Assembly (NCBI RefSeq): GCF_000181795.1
Contig: NW_003526945.1
Span: forward strand, 3,892,108 to 3,956,107
DNA length: 64,000 nt
Reading direction: 5' to 3'
Origin: Trichinella spiralis
Taxonomy: Eukaryota
In this document: positions 1-13,493 of the stretch, in pieces
Layout of the letters: the number at the start of each line of letters is the position of its first letter
Numbering within the stretch: the stretch's first letter is position 1
Program-made: the position numbers and the translations under genes
The notes under the pieces: generated by a model
What the model was told of the DNA's origin: nothing
Database searches by the model: none
The model's input: only the letters and a program-made list of their open reading frames with translations

Positions 1-1759
1 GCTGAAGTTCAGCTTAATTGTTGAGTATTGCAATGGAATGATTGATACGTAGGTCTTTTAGTGGATATTGAGAAGATAAATGGAAATCTGTAACGGCAAT
101 TGCCGAAATGATTTCTTTTGAAGTCATTATGCGACAAATGGTCAAATTATCAATATTAATTCAAAGTTCAATTCATTTGAGATTTCTTTTATTGCACCTG
201 AGTGGTATGTGAAATTTATGAAAAATTGTTGCAAATTATGAACTTCTCTTTTCTTTGATTCATGAAAGAAATGAGGCGTTTAATAGTGTGGTAATAGTCG
301 GTGGGAAATGTTCTGATAAATTTGTGGAAAATAATAATTGCATGATATAAATAAGGCAAAGAAAATTGAACAAACTTTTTTCAGTCAACTTCTTTCATGA
401 AAAGGAGGTTAGTCGTTAGTTGGGTTGGTGATGGCATATTATTTGGTGAAGTTTGCGTTGAAATGACTTTTTACTATATTTAAAATGTGCTAAGCGATCT
501 TGTAATTAAAGTAATTTGTTTTTCTGCAAAGCAGCCGACAGCCGTGGCCAAGCTATTTCTTTCGCTAAACAGCGCGGTTATTTTGGTGCAATGACCTTAG
601 CACAGCTTTCAAGCTTTGCGAAGACGCTAATTTTTCCCCAATATTATCGATGATGGCCAGTTTTCCATTTCTCATTTTAGTTCTTTTTGATTGATTAATT
701 TTGATTTGTTCAGTTGCACGTTTGAGAATGAAAAAATCTCTGCTAGACCTGTTTCAGCGTATTTGAATGGCCATTTTTAACAGGATCCCCGTTGTGTAGT
801 GTTCGTTTGAAAATTCCGAAATCAGTTGGACGTTCATTTGGAAATGGCAAATTTTAGCGTTCAAGCTTGTTAAGAAAACTCTCTCTCTCTCTCCCTTTTT
901 CTCTTTCTTCTCTTTTTCACATCATACTATTCCATCATACATCAAACTAGTCTAATATGAAACAGTACTTTTCAATTATTTCATTAATTAAACATGTATG
1001 ATAAATATTCTTCTCTTCTAATCGTATATTGCTTTCAACTCGAAAACATTAATTACATAATCGAATTGTTATTAAATAAGGAAAATAATATTGACAATAT
1101 GAACGTTTTGCATCTAATGGAATTCATGTAATTAAATGGCAATGCTATACCAAGTGCAAATGCTTGGTTTCAGCTGTTTTCAAAATATAACACGAATACA
1201 GTTCTTTTTGCACAGTAAAAGCAATTCGAATTTTCCATGGAACACAGTTTAAATGAGATCACGAGTAAAAGTTTTATAATGGAAAAAGTTTTTCTCAACT
1301 TGAATATTTGTACAATGAATAATATATATAGTGCACCAGTAGTAATGCTTTGAATGTTAAAAATAGCAACAATTTCGCATAGTTGTAATAAACATTAATT
1401 TTTGAATAAGTATAAGTATAGAATATGATAAAATTTAAAAAAATACAACTGAACAAGTGTTTGTCAATATAAAATAGCCAATAAATATTAGAAAGATCAC
1501 GTTAACCAATGAGGATGCCTATGGTAGCTTTGTATCCAATAAGATGCAAGTTACCGCAGTTTCATCTGGACTTTTTACCACCGTTTGGCGAAGCGCTGCG
1601 CGTGTAATTTTTTTTGTTATATTTTATGTGGAATTGGTGCTTTCTGTGATAATTTCTGCTTCTGTCGTGCAGCTGGTAGTTCATTTTCTTCTTCGAATTT
1701 TTGTTGTAAAAATTGTAAATCTGAAGAAATTCAATATCAATTTGAAATGAAAAAGCAAT

Positions 1760-3263
1760 ATGGAAATTTCAAAATTGAATGAAACTGTCGAATTTGACAA
1801 ATTTTCATATTTAAAGAAGAAAAAGAAGAAGAATTCAAATTTTTCAATTGAATCTTTAGTTGGATCATCGGAAAGTAATGCGCCAGCACCACCACCACCA
1901 CCACCACCAGCAACAAGCAGTGCTGTATTGGCGTCAAATTTTGCATCTTCTGCAAATGAAGTTGACCCGGTCGTGGATATGATTTCCGGTGTGAATAATT
2001 TATTCTGGATGCACAGCAGTCATTTGTTACCTTTGCAAATGTCCATTGAGCATAAGGTTGATTTGCGAAACTTCCAAATGTTGCAACGCGATACAGCCGG
2101 TTTAGCCTTTTTGCAACCTGAAGAATCGTCTTGCATGTTTTCTTCGTCAGATGTGCTATCGCTTCCACTTAGTCAGAAGAACGAACTTCCATTTTCGTTC
2201 ATGGTCAACAGTGCAGAGCAAAGTGGACTGAACAGCAACTGGTCACATCAGTGGACAAATATGTTAAAGCACACGAATCCGTTCATTTTGCAGCAGTGCA
2301 GTAAGTATATATGCATATATACAACAGTATATATGTGCCTGTATTAGTTATTTGTTATAATTGTGTAAAATTTATATGCGTATAAATGGAAGTTTAAAAA
2401 AGAATGAAACATTTGAAAAGTATAATTACTAATGTTAATGGAAATGCAATGTTTTATATTGTTCTTTTCTTATGATCAAATTCATCAAAAACTGTAATAA
2501 AATAAAATGTCATTCTTTGCAAAAGCATTCTCCAAATTCTTTTTAAGCAAAAGCATTATTTATAGAATGATCATAAAAATGTTTCCAATTTGAAAAGTTT
2601 TCAATTGTCATTGTGTATTTTGCGTAAAAAGCACAATAATAATAATAATAATAATATCATTCGATGAGCTGCATAATTATTTTCCACGCTTTATCTCTAA
2701 TATCTTCTTCTCCAATATAATTAGATCCACTTGGAATATATTTAAAAAGAAAAAAATTTTCTACTATCCTATCAGAGAGCTTGTTGGATTGTGAATTGAA
2801 AGTTGAAATTGAATCATTTAACACTTGGTCAGAAACTTGTTACTTGAACAACTGCAGCATACAGCAATCTAGAAGAGTGATCAGCAAACAAAATTCCCGT
2901 TGTGATTTTTGAAAATAACAAGTGATTTAGTTTAAGTGAAAAGTCATTTAGCCGCAATAAAAGCGCGTTCAGAAGCTGCGTCATTGACGAAAGATGAGTA
3001 GGAGACAGCTGAGCCTTTTGTTTGCCTGTTTTCAGACCTGTTCTTCGATGGCAGTAGATTGTCCACCTCTAATCACGTCAGGACTGCCCATTGGAATCTT
3101 CTTGGAACAATTCATCTTCTTCCTCAATTCTCAATTCTACCCTGCTCAGAAAGCACAAAATCAAAGAATTCCATTTTCTATTTTAGTATTATTCTTCAAT
3201 CAGGAAACAGGTTCCACGTTGTGTAGTACAAGCTTAACGTGGAGGAACCTTTTGTAAGGTGGA

Positions 3264-3294
<31 letters not shown>

Positions 3295-5284
3295 TATATA
3301 CATATATATATTAGTTTATATGGAATAGTTCAAATCTGGAGAACAAAGCAAAATTAAAATATTATTAATTTAAAGTAGAAGAAAATACAATTATCAAATC
3401 ATTTAAGAGAAAAGAAAGTAATTTATGCAACTGTGAAAACGGTTCAAGGAAAGGCAAACTGTTAAGAAGAATAGGAGAGAAAGAAAAAAAGCAAGATAAA
3501 TGAGCTACGCGGGGTTTCTCTTTCACCTGTTGTAAAATTGTGATCATTCAAGACAGCCTATTTTCTAGTTTAGCAAAAAACATATTTTTTAATTAACACC
3601 GAAGAATAATATCCAATGAAATTGAACAATTAATTCTGAAAATCATCTACAGTATGCCAATTTGAACAGTCGATCATTATTGTGATACTTGTACTTTTGT
3701 AGCAAACTACAAAAATGAAACTTGTTCAATAAAATCATTTAATTAATTGTTGTAAAAATGTGATAATCTTTTTTTTTCAAAATTTAGATTCCAAAATATC
3801 TTTCAATGTCAATTCATTGCTTCATCAGTTTCCCAAACCGAAGCGCAATCGAACCGCATTCATGCCTTATCAGCTTGTTGAATTGGAACGTGCTTTTGAA
3901 GTGAATCATTACGTGGTTGGATGTGAAAGGAAAGAGTTGGCAAGACGATTGAAATTGTCCGAAACGCAGGTAATAATAGATAAACAAATTTGTCTGCATT
4001 TTATTTAAAATGACGATGAGAACTTTCCTTTATGTTCGCATCTTTTCCTACTTGGCAGAATAATTTCCAAATGAGGCTCATTTTACCGAGAAGTATTTAT
4101 TTCAGTAAATATTGTTTGATTGTAATTCAAAACTTGGGCGATAATAATAATAATAATAATAATAATGATAATGGTTATAATGATAATAATGTGAACTTGA
4201 ACAGAGCAGCGGACAGGACGTGAAAAATTTTTCCCCAGTGTTGACCACCATCACCAGCGTGGATCAATTTTCATCACGTGCACAATTATTGTTTTAATAT
4301 TCATCAACAGATAAGATAAGATAAAAAATAAAATATATCGTGTTCAATCAATTAAGAGTTGTGATTGAATTTAATAACTGGTTTTACTTGATCTGCTTTT
4401 AGTTGAAACATGCTGAGCAAATATTGTCACAGTGCATTCGTTCAATAATGGCTGTGTGGATTGTATTGCAATGATAATATTCAATTGACGAAAGCACTTT
4501 GTTTTTGAATTTAATGGCTCTTTACTACAATATCTATATAGAGTAACTTTACCCTGTTCTTTGAAGAAGAACAATTTCCATTTCGTGATATAATCAAATT
4601 ACCACGCTGATGATACCGATAATCTACCCCTTTCCATTTGCTCATCCATCTCTGTATAAAAGCATTGAACAACACATCAGATAGAGTAGTAGCAGCTTTA
4701 GTTTGGTTTTTGTTCACCGATTTTTGACAAATGATAATTTCCACATTTTGCAAATTCAAATTTCAAACGTTAAACAAAGTTGTCAAACGTTTCAAGTGAA
4801 TAAACATTAATTCCAATTGAAACAAACGTCAGTCAAAGTTAAATGTGTTTCAAAGAGCTTCAATTTGGCTCTTTGCAAAAGGTTTATTATACGTTTAAGA
4901 ATTTTTCAAATTACCAGTTGAGATCATTAAATGAAAATGCAACTTTTGCACGCTTGATTCGAATGAGCAATATTTTTCACTTTTCAAACCTTGGAAAGTA
5001 ATTTTAAAATATAATAAGAAACACGTTGTCTAAGTTCTGTTGCATTTAAATTTGATTTCAATTTTCATATTTAACATTATTATTAGTATTATGGAAATTA
5101 ATTCATTATTGTTGTTGTTGTGTAGGTGAAAGTTTGGTTCCAGAATCGTCGAACGAAACACAAAAGAGTGAAATCAGAAGAATTGGCGTGCAGCAAAGTA
5201 CCATCGTTGGAAAATAGCCCTCCGTTGGAATCTCCAGTAGAGCAGCAGGAGAACGTTTCAGTTTCAGTGCAATTGCCGATGTAG
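1760..5284 (+). CDS. emx: EMX/empty spiracles-class homeobox transcription factor (3 exons: 1760-2300, 3788-3969, 5126-5284)
   Basis: The spliced homeodomain [62 protein letters not shown] closely matches the EMX pattern (KRIRTAF...LERAFEKNHYVVGAERKQLA...[16 protein letters not shown]). An N-terminal eh1 motif FSIESLV lies at 1841-1861. GT-AG junctions are phase-compatible and the stop is TAG at 5282-5284. Confidence 0.93.
3265..3311. repeat. (TACATA)/(TA)n microsatellite in EMX intron 1
   Basis: catatacatatacatatacatatacatatatatatacatatatatat is visible directly. Confidence 0.85.
4140..4190. repeat. (AAT)n / (GATAAT) microsatellite in EMX intron 2
   Basis: gataataataataataataataataatgataatggttataatgataataat; this explains the spurious poly-Asn ORF 4032-4223. 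Confidence 0.85.
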
Positions 5285-6581
5285 CATTCACTATACAAAA
5301 ATTGAAACAAAAGCAATGCAAATTTTTCTACAAAGATTGTAATGAACTGGGGCAATATACAACATGCTCGCAAGCGTGTATCCATCTCGTATGATACAAA
5401 TGTTGTTCACATTTCAAATGGGCACACTTTTTTTGTTTTTCTTTTAGCTTGTGAGATATTTTGCTGTTCAATGGAAATTGATATATTTCGTAAATTTAGT
5501 ATGATTGAATTCCTTTTTTGGTTTCCTCTACTACACTGTGACTTATTAGTAGATTCATCATATTTCAAGCTTGGTTTTTTTTCATTGAAAATGTTATTTA
5601 ATTTTATTTATACAGAACAATTTCTCTGAATAAAAATCATTTTACTGTTTGTAGAATTTTCTGATTAATTTTATTCTACCTGAATTGTTTTTGAAATCTA
5701 CAGTATTCAGCAATGTATGCAATCTGTGAAGATTGTTGCAAGGCTGTTTGTTTTATTCGTTTAGTATTAATTGTTTGCAAAGTGCTTCCCTTGTTCAGAT
5801 GTCAATTCATTCTATGCTTATGTAAATTAATTGCATTCGTGTCATCATCCATCACTACCACCAGCAACAGAGTCGTCATCATCAATCAGTGCAGGTAAAT
5901 AAGTTTTTACTTCTTTCGTTTTTTGTTAGCGAAAAAATATATATGCAGACGTGTAAATTGATTTATCGTGAAGCAATTTAAATTTTTATTCATGATCAAT
6001 TGAATTTTGTACATTTTTTTCACCATATAATCACAATTTTCAATCAAGCAATAGTTGATTGAAAAGTTAAAGCAATTTGCGGTAGTGTTTATATTGTTCC
6101 AACGAACATTTCTGTTCAATTCTGTTTAATGCAAATTTTCCGCATTTGATGCACAAGGGTTATTCGATCAAAGCAAACAATAGCTCTTAGCTTGCTTGAT
6201 AAAGAGAGCAATTGATTATTTTTTACCTAGCTGCTTGCCGATCAAATGTCGCGCGTTATCAATAATATATTGATTAAACGAGCGTTTTTTTCCTTTTAAA
6301 TGGTAACAATCAAACTTTACACATTCTTCTCTGCATAAATCGTAAAATGTTTATTCAGAAAAAAAGAAAATTTGGAGCAAATTTAACAACCACGTTCAGA
6401 GCAAGGAATGTGCTAGCTAATGAATAAATAAATAGAAACAAACGTCATGTGCAATTAATTGATTTGTGAATTTTTGTCTTTCTTGAAATTCATAACCAAA
6501 CCGTTTAAAATCAAAAAAGTTAATGCGTCGTATTCGCCTTTATACGAGTTGAGTTTTTCTCGTTGGAATATAAGTTTGTGT

Positions 6582-8712
6582 TCAATCAGAGGCTGCTGCA
6601 TCAGCAGCAACGTGTACCGTTAGCTTGGCGGAAGGCGTGGCCAACAGACGACGCAGGATGTCGATTAAATTGTCCACACCTCGCAGGTATCCTTTGTCAG
6701 GCCCGTGGTGAGGCGGATCATTTTCAAAACAGACCGAGGTAGAATGACCGAAATCAATCATACGAACATCGATGAAAGAATCCTCGAAAAGTGGACAGAA
6801 TTATTATTTGCATAAAAACAGAAATGATTCATTGATAAAATGTACCTGGTTGGCATAAGCGTGACCTTCGTAAATCACCAGCAATGAGCTTGAGTAGAAG
6901 CGATAGCCGTTCGATTCGAGCAAAATCTAAATATTGGACATGCAGGTTCAACTGTGAATCACACCGATGCAACAATGACTCACCTGACGAATGGTGTTCA
7001 ACTTTTCAATCAAGCATTCGATAAGATCTGTTCGAAAATTAACTCCATTATGAAAAAATCGTTCAATCACTTTTATCAAGCCTTGAACAGTCAAAGATCG
7101 GCCATAATATTTATCATAACACTTGTATGTGTCTGTCACCTGCGACAGCACCTAAAAAATTTCTTCTTTTTTTAAAAAATATTTTCCACCGCAAATGTGC
7201 ATCAAACCGTTATTTCATCTTTGATAATTCATTACAGTGTAAACTTACCTGCATTCCATTCATGCGAACGCCGAGTTTCGAAGATGTCGACTCGAGACAT
7301 TTTTTCGTTTGCCTTTTTCGTTTATTCTCTGAAGCGTCATCCCCATAATGTCTGGTGCCCATTTTCAAATCCAATACACACGGGCAACGATAATGATAAG
7401 TCAAATTTTCCAACAACAGAAAGCCTAGAAAAAAAGTTAAAAAATATATATATATATATTTCCAATATTGAAAAAATGAATTTTCCTTCTTACGGTGCTT
7501 CTGTTGACCAAGTAGGCGCATCTTGGCCAGGTAGGATGTCTGGCACTGAATTGCCCACGGATTCTGTTGGTAATATTTAGAGACAACTTCAACGCTCTGG
7601 AAAACGGGCTTTGAAGCACAATCCAACGTCAAATTTTCACCTCCGACTCTAATTCTGATCAAAGCACAGAAATTAATCCACATTAACACATGCACACCTC
7701 AAACACGATGCCGCCGCAAATTATAATTACCAAAGAGTTGAATTTTAAAAATTAATTTTACTACGCTTTCAACTAGCCATATTCTCTGCTCCTGATTCCA
7801 AATTCAACAACAATAACATCTATGCACACAGTGCTAGTGAAAGAATTAATAGAAGAGGAAAAAATTTTTATTACTTGGATATCCAAGAAGTTGTGTTGCA
7901 ATCATACTGACTGCTGCCCAGCTGAGCAGATGGAAAAGCAGCGGCGGTGATGTAGCCAATTCCATGCTCGTCTACTGACGCTTCTATCATACCTGAAAAT
8001 TGTGACATGCCCGTTGAACAACAAGTTTGAAAAATGGATTCTCAGCCTTGACTAACCGCGAAATTCTGGGACAAATGGTGCAAGTTTGCGCGAAATATTC
8101 AAGTAAAACTGATGTTCTCTTTTTGTATACTGCTTGCAAAGCGTACTCTCACCCACTTGCAAAAGACTGCAATGACCACTCACCTGAAAGAAATTTATGT
8201 TCAATTATTTCATGCTTGGTTGCTTTTTCAAGTTGCATATATGCATGCGTAAATGTGCATAATTTGCATTAATTGAAAGATTGAGTTGGTTGAAATTAAC
8301 ACTTCATTTCAATAAAATCATCGGTGCAATTAATTTACATTGGGAAGACTGGTCATCATGTGCGTCATTGCTGTTCAATAATTCAAACAGCAAGCCATTA
8401 GGAGATGTGTGAATCGATAAAAAAAGAACAGATAATACGAAAACCGAAACACAAGCAAAATTTGATTTTAATCGACAAACATTTTACTACGAAATTTTTC
8501 CAACACTTTTTGAGCAATGATAATTTTCAACAGAAAATTAGTGCTATATTGAACTTTGAAAATAAATGGTTAATATATATATATATATGCTTTTGCAATA
8601 CAAATACCTGATGGGAAAATGGTCTGAGAAAAATGAAACCATCAGTTTCACAATTGTTCGACGATGGATTTTCACTGGAACCACATGCTAGCCTTTGGAC
8701 AAACTGTGCCAT
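6582..8712 (-). CDS. IP6K: Inositol hexakisphosphate kinase (IPK family), multi-exon
   Basis: Assembled exons give [71 protein letters not shown] (PxxxDxKxG motif), [23 protein letters not shown] (SSLL motif), DVRMIDFGH (IDF motif) and GPDKGYLRG. Stop TGA at 6584-6582. The start ATG at 8712 is the best candidate; upstream exons are possible. Confidence 0.92.
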
Positions 8713-11456
8713 CGCTATACGATCGTTTTGCAAAACGCGCTATCATTACACCTGGAACTGAAATTCACAGATTCGTAAAATCGAAGTTAAAAGCAATGAC
8801 GTTCAGCCACGAATAAAAATGCACACGCTTATTCACGCTTTTATTGTCGTTCAACGATGACGCACGTCTGCGTAAACATGGGCGTTTCAAGACAAAAATT
8901 TGCCCAATTGTTTTTCGTTGGAAAATGTCTTTCCAAATTTTGCCACTCCTCTTTGAGAATTTCAACTTTTTGATCAATCCAAATATGGCAGTAGAAGGGA
9001 AAAAATCCCACGCCGACAAACGCTGAATATGCAAAATCGATTCTAGGCAAAAAGCAGCAAGCCAAAACAATCGGTTGAGCACGATTTTTACAGCTGCAAT
9101 TCAGCTAACGTCAATTGCATCATCTTTGCAGCTACAGCATCATTAAGATGATCATGTACTAATTTGATGTCGGATGAAGAACGCATGCAAATCTGTTGAT
9201 TGAACAAAAAAAAATAAAATTTGGCAATTCAATTAAATATTTTTAAAATTTTTAAAATAAAAAATTGAAATTATTTACTGAATTATTTGTTTTCTTGCTT
9301 TGCATCTTCTGTTTTGAACTTTCAACAATTTCACCTTCTTGCTTCACCTAATTATCAAGTAAAATTTTATTTTTATCGTAAAATTAACTAATTTTGAAAA
9401 TTTCTTCTTTTCTTGTAAATTTAATAACTAGAAATATTTTTTATTTATTTATTTATTGGTCGATAATTTCGTGCAAAAGTAAAATGTTGATAATTTATTT
9501 CAAAAATTTGCATTAATTATATGTTTCTTTTTATTTCACGTTTGTTATTTATTTATAAACAAATTGTGCAGCTCTACAAATAAACGTGACCATCTTTGCA
9601 AATTACCGTATTACTATAGTTGCGGCGGCAGATACAGACAGCCGTGTGTTTGAAAATTTACGTGCGTATTTTGAGACCATTTTTCTTTTATCGAATCTGC
9701 GAAATGTGACAATACTTAAAATAAGTACGTTGAGCAGTTTGTGTTTTTATTTTTTTAATTTCTTGCATTCTATTCTGGTGGACTTTTATTAACGTGCATG
9801 TTTTACTCGCTGTGGCTGTCGATAAAGCTGAAATTTTATTTTATGTATAGGCATATCTGTGTGGGAGGAGTTTTATTTTATTGAAATTTATTCATTTGCA
9901 CAGTTTATTAGATGCTGCTGTTGCTAATCACAAGGTGCTGGTTTGTCAATTGGCGATGAAGAACAAATAAATCGTTTTTGCGATTAACCAAAATGTAGAA
10001 ATTCACATTGATCAGTGGTGATGAAAACAGTTTATTGTTATTCTAGCAGCTCTGGGTGATTAATGTTTATTCGTTTTTTTTTTTATTTTAGCTCGTCTCG
10101 GATTGTTTGATTCCAATTCCAACAACAATCAAAATGTGCATTGGAGCATTTCCTCCACAAATGTGGAAATGAAATGACAATTGTTCAACACGTGCTGTGT
10201 ATAAATATTATTTATAATATTTCTATTGGGCGTGTGATAATTGTCTTTTTCTCATTTCAATGCGTTAAGGAAAGTATATATTTGTGGCAAGATATGCGCA
10301 CGAAGACGGCAAATTTTCAATAGTCGAATAATTCGGCGAACACGTCGAATGAAATTGATCAGGTGCGAATGTTTTATTTGATATTTTGCGTGTAATTTTT
10401 GAAATCTGAGTGAATATTGACTTTCAAATGATTTTAAGTTAAGCTCTTGTTGTTATGAGGTGAATTTCTAAAGTTTTATGAATTCCAATTTATGCAAAAA
10501 TGTAAAAATTTTTTCATCAATTATTTGCATATGACAGTACATTTTCTTGTCATTATTGTTAAGAAAATTAGTAGTTGGTACGGTACAGGGTTGTTGTCAC
10601 TGTTATGATGGCATTGTAATCTTAGAATTGCAAAAAAAGTAGTGAAAGAATATAATTTTGTTCAAGTGGAGCGCTTTTGCAGCGCAATTTTATTACCTGA
10701 AATTCCTTTATTGTAAAGCACATACTACTGTATGTCGTTCCAACATTTCCTACGATGTACGTCATGTGTGTTGATTTTTTTCAACCGTTTTCTATTGTAA
10801 ATTTACATATTTCTCTAATTATAAATGATTGTTATATTTGATATTGTACTGTTTATTCACTTTGTACAGCTGGTTGCATTTACTTTGTATAGATTTGGAA
10901 GTAAATAATGATTTCCATTTCATCATTACTGTTATTAATTTTTTCGAACTCTTCTTCTTCTTCTTCTTCTTGTTCTTCTTCAATCATCTGCATTATTTGT
11001 CAAGCTAGAATCACAGAGATTATTTTTCAAAGCAACGGAAAAATACAAATTTGAATATTTTTTTTCCTTTTGATTTCGATACTTCCTGTTTGATTGAATT
11101 GTGCTGTGACTATTATTGACGAATTGGTCGCCGTGTTGTTTGCTTGACTCAATTGAACAGGCTGTTCAAATTATGTCGCCGCTTATATGTATATATATAT
11201 ATAATTTCTGTTGTCGTGGCAGTTTTACCGTTGTTTTGTAGTTGGTCTGCTGTTGCTTGAAACTGATTTATTTTTTTTTCTTAATTTTTATTCTCATCTC
11301 TGAATACTACCGTCGTTAGGGGGGGGGCAGTGTTGAAAAAGTTGGAAATTATTGTCTTCTTTGAAAATATTTATTTTTGAATATTATTCATCTTGTTGAT
11401 TTTTATTGCAGGAACGTGCTGTTTATTTTGTAAATTATGGTGTAATACATAGTTGG

Positions 11457-13166
11457 ATGAAGATGGGAATTTCGAATTGCAGTTCGCGTCTGTTGGAAAG
11501 CGATTTAATAAAGGCACTGTTGGCCGGCATTTTGTATTACCCGACATCACTCGCGTTGACGTTCTACCAGCAATGGGTTATAAAACAGGTGCTTGATTTT
11601 GTTCACTAGTGTTTCTCGTCTGAGTTGAATTTATTATTAGAGCTGCTACCTGGTAATCGTGCATACTGTAATCAGTTTGTTTTAGTATGGTGAAGCAAGC
11701 ATGAGCAATTATTATAATAATTTTTTTGTTTTTCTACCAACAATGTAGACAAATCGAAAAAGAATCTTTTGTACATATTTTTGCTTGAAAAAATGCATAG
11801 CAAGTGTACAATTATCGATGGTATAAGTGGAATTTGTTGTTGTTAATTTAGGCATTCCAATTTCCTTTGTTCATCGTACTTTGGCATTATTTTTTGAAAT
11901 TTTTTGTCGCCTGGTTTTATCGAGCAATCTACGCTTGCATTTACCGCAAAAAGCGGGTTCTACTCCAGTGGTCGAAGTACGCCACTGCAGCCGGCATTGC
12001 TGGCGTCAGCGCATCGTTGGATATTGGCCTGTCGAATTGGAGCTTCGAATACACCAGCATATCTCTGTACGGTTTCGTTTGTTCGTCGTTGTTCAGCTTA
12101 ATTTTATGCTTAAGGTTTGAATTTTCAGTTATACAATGGGCAAATCGTCGACGATCATTTTCATCCTCCTTGCAGCCGTTGCGTTGTCGTTGGAGAAATG
12201 TGTACGTGTGTGTGTGTGTGTGTGTGCATGGGATGTTTTGTTGTCTGATGAAAATTGTTTCATCCCATTGCGTTCTATATTTCAGAATGCATCAACAGTG
12301 AGTGTGGTCTGCTTGATAGCGGTTGGGGTGTTTTTTGTCAATTACAAATCCACCCAGTTCAGTTGGACTGGCTTTTTTCTGATCCAAGGCGCTTCGATGT
12401 GCGGTGGTTTGCGTTGGGCTGCATCGCAGAAGCTTTTGCAAAAAGAAATTCTCGGTAAAATAATTATCCATTTGAAAATCATTTACTATTATTTATTATT
12501 GTTATTTAACGTTATTTTTTGACAAAGGATTGTCGAATCCGTTCGACATGATCTACCACGTTCAACCTTGGATGGTTGTTGGTATTTTGCCTTTGTTCTT
12601 TGCATTCGAAGGTGATTTTGTAGTTTTGTAGTTATATGTGCATGTGTTTTTCGCTTTTTTTGTTCACCATTCAGCTCGAGATTTGGCGTTAATTTCGACA
12701 ACTGCTTACGGTTCTAAGCCTAGTTCCGTACTTCGACTCAGCGCGTTGGTTCTAATTGGAGGTTTGCTAGCTACACTGATGGAAGTGTTCGAATATCTTT
12801 TACTCTTGTACACGTCTAGTTTAACACTGAGTGTCTGTTCAGTTGGTAAGGTAAATCGACTAGATACCCACCCGTACAAATTGATTGATTTTTAATTATA
12901 CTCGATTGGTTGATTTCTCTTTTTAGGAACTTGTCACACTGTTGCTTGCATATCGCTATCGAAATGATCGCATGTCGTTGGTGAATACGTTCGGTTTGGC
13001 CATGTGCATTTTTGGTACCGCGTTGCATGTGACAATGCGCACTAAACGATTACGGGATCCAAAAGCGCCCCAACTGACTCGGCCCACTGTCGTTTATACA
13101 GAACTGCGTGACCGTCAGTATGCAGCATTATCCGAAGCGTCTTCTACTGATTCAGAAGAATTTTGA
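11457..13166 (+). CDS. SLC35C2: Solute carrier family 35 member C2-like (TPT/nucleotide-sugar transporter family), multi-exon
   Basis: Exons encode FQFPLFIVLWHY, ASLDIGLSNWSFEYTSISL|YTMGKSSTIIFIL, YKSTQFSWTGFFLIQGASMCGGLRWAASQKLLQKEIL|GLSNPFDMIYHVQPWM and EYLLLLYTSSLTLSV. These match SLC35C2 motifs (LDVGLSNWSFLY..SLYTMTKSS; YKSTQF; GGIRW; LQNPIDTMFHLQP). Multiple hydrophobic helices; stop at 13164-13166. Confidence 0.9.
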
Positions 13167-13493
13167 AAATCCACGTCACTTTTAATAAATAACAAAGGTG
13201 AGAGATATTAATGCATGAACAATAAACAAAGTGAGAGACACAGGGGGGGGGGGGAGGAATATATTATATGTGGATATATATATTTATATATATATGTATG
13301 TATGTATGTAAAATCGAGCAACAACATTAAACCAGGTATATTAGGATAATTAATAGTTTTCACATTCCGTTTCATTTGCATTTTGATTGATTAACTGATT
13401 GATTTGATTTACTTGCAAGGGATAGATCCGCTCTGTGTAAATTATACGTACAAATATGTATATATATTATGATATGTTGTTGTTGGGCGCAGT

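Noticed and set aside
3210..3250. Imperfect inverted repeat (ggttccacgtt...aacgtggaggaacc) in EMX intron 1, and a small hairpin gggtcga..tcgaccc at ~48951-48968
   Set aside because: The stems are too short for a pre-miRNA or MITE and are compatible with chance.
10091..10362. Exon-like segments between IP6K and SLC35C2
   Set aside because: Splice-like sites are present but there is no sustained frame or motif. They may be 5'UTR exons, which cannot be supported without transcript data.
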